From assembly GCA_963804165.1 (NCBI GenBank), contig CAWDPO010000006.1, forward strand, positions 237,552 to 301,551: DNA of 64,000 bases, in the 5' to 3' direction. This document shows positions 49,595 to 59,699 of this stretch, one piece after another (the first letter of the stretch is position 1; each line of letters opens with the position of its first letter). This stretch comes from an uncultured delta proteobacterium. Lineage in GTDB: Bacteria; Desulfobacterota; Binatia; UBA9968. Under the pieces are notes generated by a model. That model was given only the letters and a program-made list of their open reading frames with translations, was not told where the DNA came from and searched no databases. The position numbers were made by a program, and so were the translations under genes.

Positions 49595-50600
49595 CCCGTC
49601 TAAGCTCTTCCAGTTTTCGTCCGACCAGTAATACCAACGCACGTACGCCTTCCGTGGTCGCGCCAGAAATGACGTGCAACGGGCGATACTCTTTGGGCAG
49701 CTTGTTGGCCAATAGCTTTGCCTTCGCTCTTCCCTCCGGCAGGTCGATCTTGTTGGCGGCGACGATCTGTGGTTTTCGAGCGAGCTCCGGATCGAACAGC
49801 TCGAGTTCACGGTTGATCGTCCGCCACTCCGCCAACGGATCGTTTTCATCGATCTGCGCGGCGTCGACGAGATGAATCAGCAAGTTTGTCCGCATCACGT
49901 GGCGCAAAAACTTATGCCCCAATCCGTGGCCATCGTGAGCGCCCTCGATGAGACCTGGGATGTCCGCAACGACAAAACTTTTCCCTTCGTCATAACCGAC
50001 TACGCCCAGGTTCGGCACTAGCGTCGTGAATGGATAGTCGGCAATCTTTGGTCGTACCGCGGAGATCGTCGCGATCAATGTCGATTTGCCGGCGTTGGGT
50101 AAGCCGATGATACCCACGTCCGCCAACAGCCTGAGCTCGATTTCAAGTTCGCGTTCCTGCCCCGCTTCGCCGGGCTGGGCATAACGCGGGCTTCTGTTGG
50201 TCGACGAGGCAAAATGAGCGTTACCTTTGCCGCCGCGGCCGCCGGCGGCGATAACCTCTCGTTCGCCGGTCTTTTTCAGGTCAGCCAGAAGCTCGCCGGT
50301 TTCATGGTCTCGAATGATCGTCCCGACGGGGACTTTGATCACGCGTTCCTCTCCGCGCCGCCCGTGGCAGTCGCTGCTCATGCCATTACCGCCGCGGCCG
50401 CCCTTCACTAACTTTTGATAACGTAGATCTAGAAGTGTCGTCAGCTGGGAATCGGCCTCAGCCACGATATCGCCGCCAGCACCGCCGTTGCCACCATCCG
50501 GCGGGCCGCGCCGGACAAACTTCTCCCGACGAAAGCTGACACAACCGCGCCCACCGTCGCCGGCGATGACATGGATCTTGGTTTCGTCGATGAATTTCAT
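49560..50600 (-). CDS. obgE: GTPase ObgE
   Basis: Gly-rich Obg fold; GLPNAGKST, DIPGLIEGA, NKID. Confidence 0.97.
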   Translation of the reverse strand: MKFIDETKIHVIAGDGGRGCVSFRREKFVRRGPPDGGNGGAGGDIVAEADSQLTTLLDLRYQKLVKGGRGGNGMSSDCHGRRGEERVIKVPVGTIIRDHETGELLADLKKTGEREVIAAGGRGGKGNAHFASSTNRSPRYAQPGEAGQERELEIELRLLADVGIIGLPNAGKSTLIATISAVRPKIADYPFTTLVPNLGVVGYDEGKSFVVADIPGLIEGAHDGHGLGHKFLRHVMRTNLLIHLVDAAQIDENDPLAEWRTINRELELFDPELARKPQIVAANKIDLPEGRAKAKLLANKLPKEYRPLHVISGATTEGVRALVLLVGRKLEELRRDVETTRDAAGL

Positions 50601-50647
50601 GTTTCAATAGGTTTTAGTGTCAACCGCAGACTCGTTTTTCAATCCGA

Positions 50648-50682
50648 CTTTTGCCCTTTGCCTTTTTACTTTTATCTTTTTC
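50648..50682. repeat. Degenerate heptamer tandem repeat
   Basis: CTTTTGC-CCTTTGC-CTTTTTA-CTTTTAT-CTTTTTC. Confidence 0.5.
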
Positions 50683-50706
50683 CCTCATCATCCCCTTCTC
50701 CCGGGC

Positions 50707-50733
50707 AAAAAAAAAGCCCCGAAAGGGGCTTTT
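50707..50733 (-). terminator. Intrinsic terminator after rpmA
   Basis: AAAAGCCCC-GAAA-GGGGCTTTT with an A8 run on + (U tail on -). Confidence 0.85.
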
Positions 50734-50750
50734 CCGTTGCAAGCGCTCAT

Positions 50751-51008
50751 CTACCAAGCCGGAAGTACAACGACCCGCTTCCGCAATTTGTCTTTTCGTT
50801 CATAGCGGACAATGCCGTCAATCAGCGCGAAAAGAGTAAAGTCGCGGCCCATTCCAACATTCTTTCCCGGGTGAATGCGAGTGCCCAGTTGGCGCACTAA
50901 GATATTTCCGGCACGCACGCTTTCGCCGCCGAAAACCTTCACGCCGCGCCGTTGTCCTTGGCTGTCGCGCCCGTTGCGTGAGCTTCCGCCCGCCTTTTTA
51001 TGTGCCAT
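50751..51008 (-). CDS. rpmA: 50S ribosomal protein L27
   Basis: [16 protein letters not shown]. Confidence 0.98.
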   Translation of the reverse strand: MAHKKAGGSSRNGRDSQGQRRGVKVFGGESVRAGNILVRQLGTRIHPGKNVGMGRDFTLFALIDGIVRYERKDKLRKRVVVLPAW

Positions 51009-51025
51009 CGCTCTACTCCCTTAAG

Positions 51026-51340
51026 TTACGCTTCAATCGCCGTAATCTTCAGTGCGGTCTGGTACTGCCTGTGGCCCTGTTGCCGGCTGTAACTTTTTCG
51101 TCTCTTTTTCTTGAAGACACGGATCTTTTTGGCGCGGATCTGGCCGACGATCTCGCCACTCACCTTCGCGTTGGCCACCAGCGGAGCGCCGATTTTTGCC
51201 TCGCCGTCTCCGCCGACAAATAGGATATCCGCCAGGGTCACTTTTTCGCCCACTTCGCCGGTAAGCTTTTCAATCTTGACGACATCGCCTTCGGAAACGC
51301 GATACTGCTTGCCGCCCGTTCTAATCACTGCATACTTCAT
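51026..51340 (-). CDS. rplU: 50S ribosomal protein L21
   Basis: YAVIRTGGKQY, GHRQ. Confidence 0.98.
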   Translation of the reverse strand: MKYAVIRTGGKQYRVSEGDVVKIEKLTGEVGEKVTLADILFVGGDGEAKIGAPLVANAKVSGEIVGQIRAKKIRVFKKKRRKSYSRQQGHRQYQTALKITAIEA

Positions 51341-51546
51341 AGATTTTCTCGGAATGAGGATTTTTAAAGGAAAACCGGGCCAAAGTCAACCTGAGTACCT
51401 CGTTTTAGGTGGCGAAACGCACGAAATTGACTATCAGTCGGCGATTTCTGCGTCAGCAACTCACCCGCTCGCCGCACCCTCGAAGGGAAAACAGTGACAC
51501 CCATAAATTTTTCTCAGGATGGTCTTGACAGCACGCTCCGGAAAAT

Positions 51547-51580
51547 ATATCGGTGTACGATATGATCGTAGTCCGATATA
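51547..51580. promoter_or_regulatory. Tandem ATCG-N5-CGAT operator candidates upstream of MarR gene
   Basis: ATATCGGTGTACGATAT (51547-51563) and ATCGTAGTCCGAT (51565-51577); TTGACA at 51525-51530. Confidence 0.55.
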
Positions 51581-51584
51581 AATT

Positions 51585-52085
51585 ATGACCAAAAAGACGG
51601 ATTCCCCCGATTTCAAAGCGATGTCGGAATTGCGCTATCAGATTCGCCGTTTTCTGCGTTTCAGCGAAAACGCCGCGCGCCAAGCCGGCATCGAGCCGCA
51701 ACAACACCAGCTCTTGCTTGCCATTCGCGGACTTCCGGAAAATCTCAAGCCAACTATCGGGGTGCTGGCGGAACGAATGCAGCTGCAACATCACAGCACC
51801 GTTGAACTCGTCGATCGCCTTGTCGAAAGGGGATTCCTTTGTCGCCTACGAGCCACCGACGATCGGCGACAGGTCCTGGTCAAGCTGACCCATGAAGGCG
51901 AGAAATTTTTGAAAACCCTTTCGCTACATCACCTCCAGGAGCTGCAATCCGCCGGACCGAAGTTCGTAAAAATCCTGCAGAGCTTAATCGACAGCGCCGA
52001 AATGCAGAATTCGACGTCGGAAGAATCGGAAAAAACTGAGCCAGAAATCCACCAAAAACAAAGAAAGGACACCCGCCATGGCTAA
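51585..52085 (+). CDS. MarR-family transcriptional regulator
   Basis: RYQIRRFLRFSE, HHSTVELVDRL, DRRQVLVKLT. Confidence 0.9.
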   Translation: MTKKTDSPDFKAMSELRYQIRRFLRFSENAARQAGIEPQQHQLLLAIRGLPENLKPTIGVLAERMQLQHHSTVELVDRLVERGFLCRLRATDDRRQVLVKLTHEGEKFLKTLSLHHLQELQSAGPKFVKILQSLIDSAEMQNSTSEESEKTEPEIHQKQRKDTRHG

Positions 52086-52929
52086 TCAAAACGAATCCAC
52101 TCAAGACCTGCTTTTGGATGTTAGGGTCGCCGAGGCCTCGCGTCTCTACAAATTTTATTTAAACCAGGAGAAAAAAATCATCGGGACAGCGGCGATCATC
52201 ATCTTCCTGACCCTTTGGGAGCTGGTCGGCAACGTCTTCCAGTTGATCAATCCGATGTTCATGAGCGCGCCTTCGCTCATCGGGAAAGCTGCTGTTCAGT
52301 TGTTTGGTTCGGGTGAAATCTATAACGACCTATACGTCAGCGGCATCGAACTTTTCTGGGGCTATTTCCTTTCGGCTGTTGTTGCAGTCCCCTTTGGCAT
52401 CGCGCTTGGCTGGTACAAAAGATTGGCCTACCTATTTGACCCCTTCGTCAACGCGATGAACGCGACCCCTCGCGTGGCGCTTCTGCCCCTGGTGATCATC
52501 TGGCTGGGAATCGGCATACTCTCGAAGGTCGGTATAATCTTTCTCGGCGCAGTTTTCCCTGTATTGATCAATACGCGCGACGGGGTAAAGACAACTCCGA
52601 TACATCTTCTGACTGCCGCCAAGAGCTTTGGCGCTTCCGAGTGGATGCTCTTTAAGACCGTCGTACTTCCTTCGACTATTCCTTTTATCCTGACTGGTTT
52701 AAGGCTTGGGCTTGGCCGGGCGATTGTCGGTGTCATGGTCGGAGAGCTTTACGCTGCTACTGCCGGGATCGGTTTTATGATCACGGTTGCCGGCGCCACC
52801 TTCCAGACCGACAAGGTGTTTGTCGGGGTCCTGATTTTCGCCCTGACCGGGATGATCTGTACGGAGTTGCTCACCCGGGTGGAAAAGCGCTTTGATAAGT
52901 GGCGCCCCCAAGTCGGAGCGATGGATTAA
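52078..52929 (+). CDS. NitT/TauT-family ABC permease
   Basis: PRVALLPLVIIWLGIG, GLRLGLGRAIVGVMVGE. Confidence 0.9.
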   Translation: MANQNESTQDLLLDVRVAEASRLYKFYLNQEKKIIGTAAIIIFLTLWELVGNVFQLINPMFMSAPSLIGKAAVQLFGSGEIYNDLYVSGIELFWGYFLSAVVAVPFGIALGWYKRLAYLFDPFVNAMNATPRVALLPLVIIWLGIGILSKVGIIFLGAVFPVLINTRDGVKTTPIHLLTAAKSFGASEWMLFKTVVLPSTIPFILTGLRLGLGRAIVGVMVGELYAATAGIGFMITVAGATFQTDKVFVGVLIFALTGMICTELLTRVEKRFDKWRPQVGAMD

Positions 52930-52958
52930 ACGGGAACAACTTCCCCCTCACAGTTTGT

Positions 52959-53000
52959 GAAACACAAAGGGCCCGATCGAATTCGGGCCCTTTGTGTTTC
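52959..53000. terminator. Strong hairpin terminator
   Basis: GAAACACAAAGGGCCCGA-TCGAAT-TCGGGCCCTTTGTGTTTC (18-bp stem). Confidence 0.8.
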
Positions 53001-53118
53001 TAGACAGGCCAAACCGCGCCACTCGGGATTTCTGCTAAATTTTCAAACCGGTGTACTGCCCCCTTGCCCTTTGGTGATCCCCGACTTACATTTGAACGAA
53101 ATTATTCAGGAGAAGTTA

Positions 53119-53718
53119 ATGGCGATATCTTTCCGTAGGCTACATCTCGCGTTTATCCCAGGCTTGGCGTTATTGTTTATTATTTCCGGCTGCGGGTACA
53201 ACAAACTTCAGGGGTTGGACGAAGAAGTGAAAGGCGCCTGGGGCGAAGTACAGAATCAATATCAAAGACGCGCGGATCTGATACCCAATCTTGTGGCTAC
53301 AGTAAAAGGAGCTGCCAGTTTCGAGCAGGAAACGCTCCAGAGAGTAGTTGAGGCTCGCGCCGCCGCGACCTCCATGAAGGTCGATGCAAACGCATTGAAC
53401 AATCCGGAGACTTTTAAAAAATTCGAGCAGGTTCAAAGCCAACTCTCCAGCGCGCTCTCGCGTCTCTTGGTCGTCGTCGAAAAGTACCCCGACCTAAAAG
53501 CCACCCAAGGTTTTCAGACCTTACAGGCGCAACTCGAAGGCGTCGAGAATCGCATCGCCGTAGCGCGCAAACGGTACATCGAAAGCGTCACCACCTATAA
53601 CACCGCGGTGCGTTCGTTTCCGCAAAACCTGACCGCGAAATTTCTTCTCGGTCTCGAAGTACGACCCACCTTCACTGCCGACGAAGCGGCACAGAAGCCG
53701 CCACAGGTGAAGTTCTAA
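53119..53718 (+). CDS. lemA: LemA-family lipoprotein
   Basis: SGCGYN, YQRRADLIPNLV, YPDLKA, ENRIAVAR. Confidence 0.93.
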   Translation: MAISFRRLHLAFIPGLALLFIISGCGYNKLQGLDEEVKGAWGEVQNQYQRRADLIPNLVATVKGAASFEQETLQRVVEARAAATSMKVDANALNNPETFKKFEQVQSQLSSALSRLLVVVEKYPDLKATQGFQTLQAQLEGVENRIAVARKRYIESVTTYNTAVRSFPQNLTAKFLLGLEVRPTFTADEAAQKPPQVKF

Positions 53719-53767
53719 GGTCGTAGAGAAATTGCCGTTTTTGCTTATACTTTTGGGGCGATGCACC

Positions 53768-54559
53768 ATGAAACGGCAGCTTCGTCAGCCTTTTCTCGCC
53801 ACCATTGTTTTTTTCTTCTTGGCGGCGGGACTGGCCTCGGCTCTCGACGTGCCACCATTACGCGGCCGAGTGAATGACTACGCCGGAGTCATGAGCCAGG
53901 AGCAAGCGCGGACAATGGAATCTCAGCTTGCTCAATTCGAACAAGACACCAGTCACCAGGTCGCTGTTCTCACGATCCCGACGCTTGATGGCGAAGACAT
54001 CGAGGGCTTCAGCATCCGCGTCGCCGAGAATTGGAAGATCGGCAAGAAAGGTTTCGACAACGGCGTCATCCTTGTCGTCGCGGTCAAGGACCGACGCTTG
54101 CGTTTAGAAGTGGGGTATGGCCTGGAAGGCGTGCTACCTGACGCGATTGCGAAGACGATCACGAGCGAATACATCGTGCCGCGTTTTCGCTCCCAGGATT
54201 ATGCCGGCGGCATCATCGCCGGAATCGACGCGGTTCTCAAAGTCATCAAGAAAGAACCGTTGCCCGAATCCGCTCGCAAAAAAAGCGGAGATCCGGGATC
54301 CGGGCTGAACTCCATCGCCATGTTTGCCATAACCTTGGCGGTGTTTGGCTTGATGGCATTTGCGTCCACCGCTAATCGCCGCAGAAACAATATGTGGGCG
54401 ACTCGCGGCAGACATCATGGGCCGATCATATTCGGTCCCGGTGGTTTCGGAGGTGGCGGTTATTCCGGAGGAGGCGGTTTTGGCGGCGGGTCCGATGGCG
54501 GTGGCTTTAGCGGAGGCGGAGGGAGCTTCGGCGGCGGCGGCGCGTCCGATAGTTGGTAG
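53768..54559 (+). CDS. TPM-domain (YgcG-like) protein with Gly-rich tail
   Basis: RLEVGYGLEGVLPD; FSGGGGSFGGGGASDSW. Confidence 0.9.
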   Translation: MKRQLRQPFLATIVFFFLAAGLASALDVPPLRGRVNDYAGVMSQEQARTMESQLAQFEQDTSHQVAVLTIPTLDGEDIEGFSIRVAENWKIGKKGFDNGVILVVAVKDRRLRLEVGYGLEGVLPDAIAKTITSEYIVPRFRSQDYAGGIIAGIDAVLKVIKKEPLPESARKKSGDPGSGLNSIAMFAITLAVFGLMAFASTANRRRNNMWATRGRHHGPIIFGPGGFGGGGYSGGGGFGGGSDGGGFSGGGGSFGGGGASDSW

Positions 54560-54560
54560 T

Positions 54561-55187
54561 ATGAATGCCGATAAGTTTTTCACCGACGAGGAAAAAGAAC
54601 GCATTCATCAAGCCATCATCGCGGCGGAGTCGAAGACCGCCGGGGAGATCGTGCCTATCATCGTTACTTCATCAGCACGCTATACGGAAATTGAGCTGCT
54701 CGGCTTAGTCGTCGGGTTGTTCGGCGGGCTAATCGTTGAATGGTTCTGGAGCGATCCGTGGGGATCGGAATATTTGAATCTCTGGCCGGTCATCGGCGCC
54801 TTCGTTGGTTTTCTTGCCGGCCGACTATCGATCATCAAGCGCCTGGTCGCGTCGAAGGATCGCATCACTGAAGCCGTTCATACCCTCGCCCTCGCATCTT
54901 TCAGCGAACACGGGCTTCACTACACGCGCGATCACACGGGAATCTTGATCCTTGTTTCCCTCTTGGAACATCGAGTCGAAGTGCTCGCCGACCGCGGCAT
55001 CAATGCCAAAGTCGAAACCGGCACATGGCAAGAGATCGTTCACGGATTGACCCAAGGGTTGAAGTCGGACCAGGCATGCGAGGCGTTTTGTAAAGCTATA
55101 GCGCGCTGCGGCGATATCCTCGCCACCCATTTTCCCCGCCAAGCCGACGATAAAGACGAATTGCCCAATCGCCTCGTCACCAAGTAG
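54561..55187 (+). CDS. TPM-domain membrane protein
   Basis: AESKTAGEIV, TGILILVSLLEHRVEVLADRGI, DELPN. Confidence 0.88.
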   Translation: MNADKFFTDEEKERIHQAIIAAESKTAGEIVPIIVTSSARYTEIELLGLVVGLFGGLIVEWFWSDPWGSEYLNLWPVIGAFVGFLAGRLSIIKRLVASKDRITEAVHTLALASFSEHGLHYTRDHTGILILVSLLEHRVEVLADRGINAKVETGTWQEIVHGLTQGLKSDQACEAFCKAIARCGDILATHFPRQADDKDELPNRLVTK

Positions 55188-55253
55188 CAACAGTGTCCGA
55201 TTTCCGCTATTTTCTGCAAGCCGATAACTTGCAGGGAAAGGAAATCCAACGCC

Positions 55254-56237
55254 ATGCATCTTGCCAAAGTTATTTCATTGCTTGGTTTCATGTTCATTGC
55301 GATTCTTAGCCGACACTCCTTCGCCCAGGAACGGCTAAACTTCGCCTACATTTCACCCAACGCTGGTTCAGCCTCGGTGCTGTGGATCGCCAAGGACGCG
55401 GGAATTTTCAAGAAGCACGGCCTCGACGTCAACGTCATCTACATCGAGGGCACACCGAAGGCGTTGATGTCGCTGTTCGCCGGCGATCTCCAAGTCATCT
55501 CGGACACCGGACCGGCCGTTGCAAGCGCCAAAGTACGCGCCGCCGATGTTTCGATGATCATGGGCTTCGAAGTTTTTTGCCGTACTATCTCATCGCCACT
55601 CCGGCCGTGAAAAGTATCGAAGATCTCAAGGGCAAAGTCGGCGCTAATCACTCGGCCGCTACTTCCGCCGACTTCGCCATGCGCTTGGGCCTGCGGCATA
55701 TCGGCCTCGATCCCGACCGCGACGTCAATCTGCGCGTGGTCGGCGCGACCAACTTGCGCATGATCATGATGCAGCAAGGTCAGGCGCAGTTCTCTGTTTT
55801 CAGCAACACCGAAAAGGAAGAGGCGGAAAAGCTGGGGTTCAAAGTCCTCGCCGATCTCGCCGGCAAAAGGATCCCCTACGCTCACAGCGGCGTCATCACC
55901 AGCCAGAAGATGCTGCGTGAAAAGCGCGACACCATGACGCGCTTCGGCCGGGCCTCCGTGGAAGCGATTCATTATTTTAAAAACAACAAAGCGCAGACCG
56001 TTGCGATTCTGAAAAAATACGCCAAGAGTGATCTCACCACGCTCGACAGCGCGCACACCTACCTGAAGAACGCGATTCCAGACATGCCCTATCCCACGCT
56101 GGAAGGAATGAAGACTATCCTCGCCGAAATGGGCCAGGACTCGGCCCGAAGTATCGAAGGTCGACGCCGCGACCATGGTCGATACGAGCATCATCAAAGC
56201 GATCGACGAGGAAGGATTTCTGAAGAAGCTGAAATAG
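55254..56237 (+). CDS. NMT1/SsuA-like ABC substrate-binding protein (frameshifts near 55575 and 56140)
   Basis: LWIAKDAGIFKKHGLDV in one frame; SIEDLKGK...PYPTLEGM in another. Confidence 0.8.
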
Positions 56238-56304
56238 TCAGTGAGAGGGCGAACAGCCGGTCGCCCCTACGTCGATGGTGCTCTTGCTTCTTTGCGGTTC
56301 GAAA

Positions 56305-58363
56305 CTATTTCCGCACGAGCCGCACATCCACCGCCGCCGCGCCTTTGCCTTGTTCCCGCACCATGATCGGGTTGATTTCCATATCCGAAAGATGGTTGCG
56401 GTGTGCGGCGAAAATGTCGGACAAACCGACCATCGCTTTCACCAGCGCGTCGATATCGCGCGGCTTTTGGCCGCGCACGCCTTCGAGCACTTTGTAGCCG
56501 CGCAGCTCTTTGAGCATCTCGCGCGCTTCGCGTTCGTCGATCGGCAGCAAGCGGATGGACACGTCTTTCAATACTTCGACGAAAATGCCGCCGAGGCCGA
56601 CCATCAGAAACGGGCCATACTGCGGATCGGTGCGCGCGCCGATCAGCACTTCGGTGCCTTGCACCATTTCCTGAATCAGCAGATGGCCTCGGCCCAGCGT
56701 TTTCGTCAAAAGCTTCTGTCCTTCCGCTTGAACTTCTTCCGCGTTCTTCAATCCGAGCACCACCGCGCCGGACTCGGTTTTATGCACGACTTCGGCGGCG
56801 ATAAGTTTGATCGCTACCGGAAAACCTATTTCCTTTGCTCTAACTGCTGCATCGGCAGCCGTGCCGGCCATCGCTTGCTTCGGCAAGCCGATGCCGTGCC
56901 GCTGCAAGCAGCGCATTCAATTTCTCGCCTTCGAGATCGGCCGCATTGCCGGTTGCCGCAGCTAATTTCGGCACGCCGAGCTGTCTACGCTCGCCATACA
57001 AGCCCAAACCCGCCAGCGCGCGCAGCGTCGGCTTGATCGCCTGCAAGAACGGGAGGCCGGCTTCTTCTTGAAAAGCGCGGCTTTCATCCAAGCAACTATA
57101 AGTCGATCGACCGAAGGCGAGCACGGGTTTATCCGTCGCGGCCGTGACGCTCTTGAACAGCTCGGCGCTGCGCTTCTGGCCGCGCGGCAATTCGCCGTGG
57201 ATCGCGAGCAGATCAACGCCCGGATCTTCGGCGTGGAGTTTGACGATATTGATGAAACCAGCCTCATCGCCGAAGCCGGCGACGCCGCATTCAAGCGGAT
57301 TTTCCACCGCGAGCTCGGGAGGAATCAATGGCCGCACTGCTTCTTTGGTTTTGTCGCCGAGCTGCGCCAGATTGGTTTTAAGCTCGTCGCAATGATCGCA
57401 GATGAGCCCCTTCATGCCGCCGGAGTTGACCACGATCGCCGCGCGGCTGCCCTTGGGAAATCTTCCCGGCATGAACGCGAGCGTGAGTTCGGTCATGTCT
57501 TCCAGCGTCGGACAGCGGATCAAACCGAGGCGGTGACAGACCGCATCGAACACTTCGTCCGCGCCGGCGAGCGAACCGGTATGCGAGATCGCCTGGCGTT
57601 TGCCCATCTCCGAGCGGCCAAGTTTGACGGCGAGAATCGGTTTCCCTTTGTTGAGCGCCTGTTCGGCCACCGTCATGAATTCATCGGGGCGGCGAATGCC
57701 TTCGACCATCAGCGTGATAACCTTGGTGTCGGGATCGTCGACGAGAAACGACAGGTAATCGACGAGATCGAGGCTCACTTCGTTGCCGCTGGAAATCGCG
57801 TAGCTGAAACCGATGCCGCGTTCGGTGGCGCCTTTGATCCAGTTGCCCAGCGAGCCGCCGCTCTGAAAAATTAACCCCACCGGTCCCTTTTTAAGTAGCG
57901 GCGTCACTGTGGGAAAAGTCCACAATCCCTCGCCGACCGAATACGAGCCCATGCAATTCGGCCCGCAGATCACCATGCCGGTTTTGTCGCACAGATCGCG
58001 CATCGCCCCTGCGCGCTCTTTGCCTTTTTCATCGTCGCCTTCACCGAACCCGGCGGTATAAATCGTCGCAGACCTCGTGCCGAGCTTGGCCGCTTCTTCC
58101 AATACGCCGAGCACGGCGCGCGTCGGAATGAGAACCAGCAATTCATCCGGCACTTCCGGCAGCGCCGCGAGATTCGGATAACACTTGTCGCCGTAGAGCT
58201 CTTGATAGTTCGGGTTGATGAGATAAACTCCGCCGGGAAATTTGGCATTCTTCAGGTTTCGGTAGATGCCTTGCGGCCACGCGCCCTTTTGCGACGCGCC
58301 GATGATCGCCACTGACTTCGCGCGCAGAAGATTTTCGGCAGGTCTCGGTGTGAAATTCGCCAT
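56305..58363 (-). CDS. Acetate--CoA ligase (ADP-forming) family protein (frameshift near 56905)
   Basis: SVAIIGAS, GPNCMG, SHTGSLAG; ATP-grasp HKTESGAV, FLMVGLGG, EINPI. Confidence 0.9.
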
Positions 58364-58434
58364 GGGATTTCCTTCTAGCTTAAGATTGTTTTTCCTATGT
58401 CATAGACACACGACGACTGCAAGGTGGAATGACC

Positions 58435-58542
58435 GTGGGCAGTGGTCAGTAGTCAGTGGTCAGTGATTAGAAGAAGGCCGCTGAGATTCTATTCTGACTG
58501 GCAACAGACAACTGGCAACCGCCACATGACCACGGGCAACTG
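58435..58542. repeat. Inverted pair of heptamer tandem arrays
   Basis: GTGGGCA-GTGGTCA-GTAGTCA-GTGGTCA-GTGATTA and a complementary degenerate array (ACAACTG/GCAACTG-like) at 58494-58542. Confidence 0.6.
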
Positions 58543-58546
58543 CGTT

Positions 58547-59627
58547 TCAGGGAAACACATGCCAGCGCTGGGCGGGGCACTCGACTGATGCGTTTTGACC
58601 CACGATGAAATCCGTATCACCGGCCAGCTTTGCCAAGAGGGTTACACCATTAACCTCGACTTCGAGCAACGCGGCATCGCCGAGGTAATTTTTGCTCGTC
58701 ACTTTACCGACGGTGACGGGAGTTCCATAGCTGGGCAAGGCTGAAACTTGCACATGCTCGGGCCGGATCGCCATGGTGATCGTTGCACCGACATTGACCC
58801 CGTTCGGCAATGCCGTTGTGATTGCACCGAGTGGCGAATCGACGTGGTCTTTTGCTTTCACTGTGCCTTTGACGAAATTCATCTCGCCGACGAATTGCGC
58901 GACAAACAGATTTGCCGGCCGCGCATAAACTTCCTGCGGCGACGCGATCTGGAGAATCTCGCCGTGGTTCATGACGCACACTTTATCGCCCAGACTCAGA
59001 GCTTCCGCTTGATCATGGGTAACATAGAGCGTTGTCACTCCGATGGATTTCGTGATCTTGCGTAATTCCACGCGCATCTGCTCGCGCAAGCGCGCGTCCA
59101 AATTGCTGAGCGGCTCGTCCATCAACAACACCTTCGCATCGGTGACCATGGCTCGCGCCATGGCGACGCGTTGTTGTTGTCCGCCGCTCAAGTCCGTAGC
59201 AGGCCGATCTTCAAGTCCATCCAGCTGTACTCGTTTCAACGCGGTCCGTACTTTTCCGTCACCAGAGATTTCGCTACCCGCTTCTGTCCTTGAGTCAGAG
59301 GAAAAGCCACGTTCTGGAAAACGTTCATGTGCGGCCAAATCGCATAGGATTGGAAAACCATGCCAATATCGCGCTTCTCGGCTGGAACGAAGATCCGGGA
59401 ACCGGGAGAGTTGACCAAGCGTCCGCTGATTTCGATTTCTCCTCCGTCAGGCCTCTCCAAACCGGCAACGCATCGTAGAGTGGTTGTCTTGCCGCAGCCG
59501 CTGGGCCCAAGCAGCACGCAGAAATCGCCCTCGGCGACTTCCAGATCGATTTCCTTCAGCGCGTTGACGACGCCCTGCTGCGCATGAAAAGTCTTGCGGA
59601 GCTTCTAATGCTGATCAAGGTAAGCAT
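58547..59627 (-). CDS. PotA/FbpC-type ABC ATP-binding protein (frameshifts)
   Basis: GPSGCGKTT, FQSYAIWPHM, LSGGQQQR, LMDEPLSNLD; TOBE-like tail. Confidence 0.88.
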
Positions 59628-59699
59628 CCTCGGAGTTCGAAAGGAACTGGAATGTTGGAGTATTGTCGAGCACTACAGTCCCATCTAATCTCCAATTTT

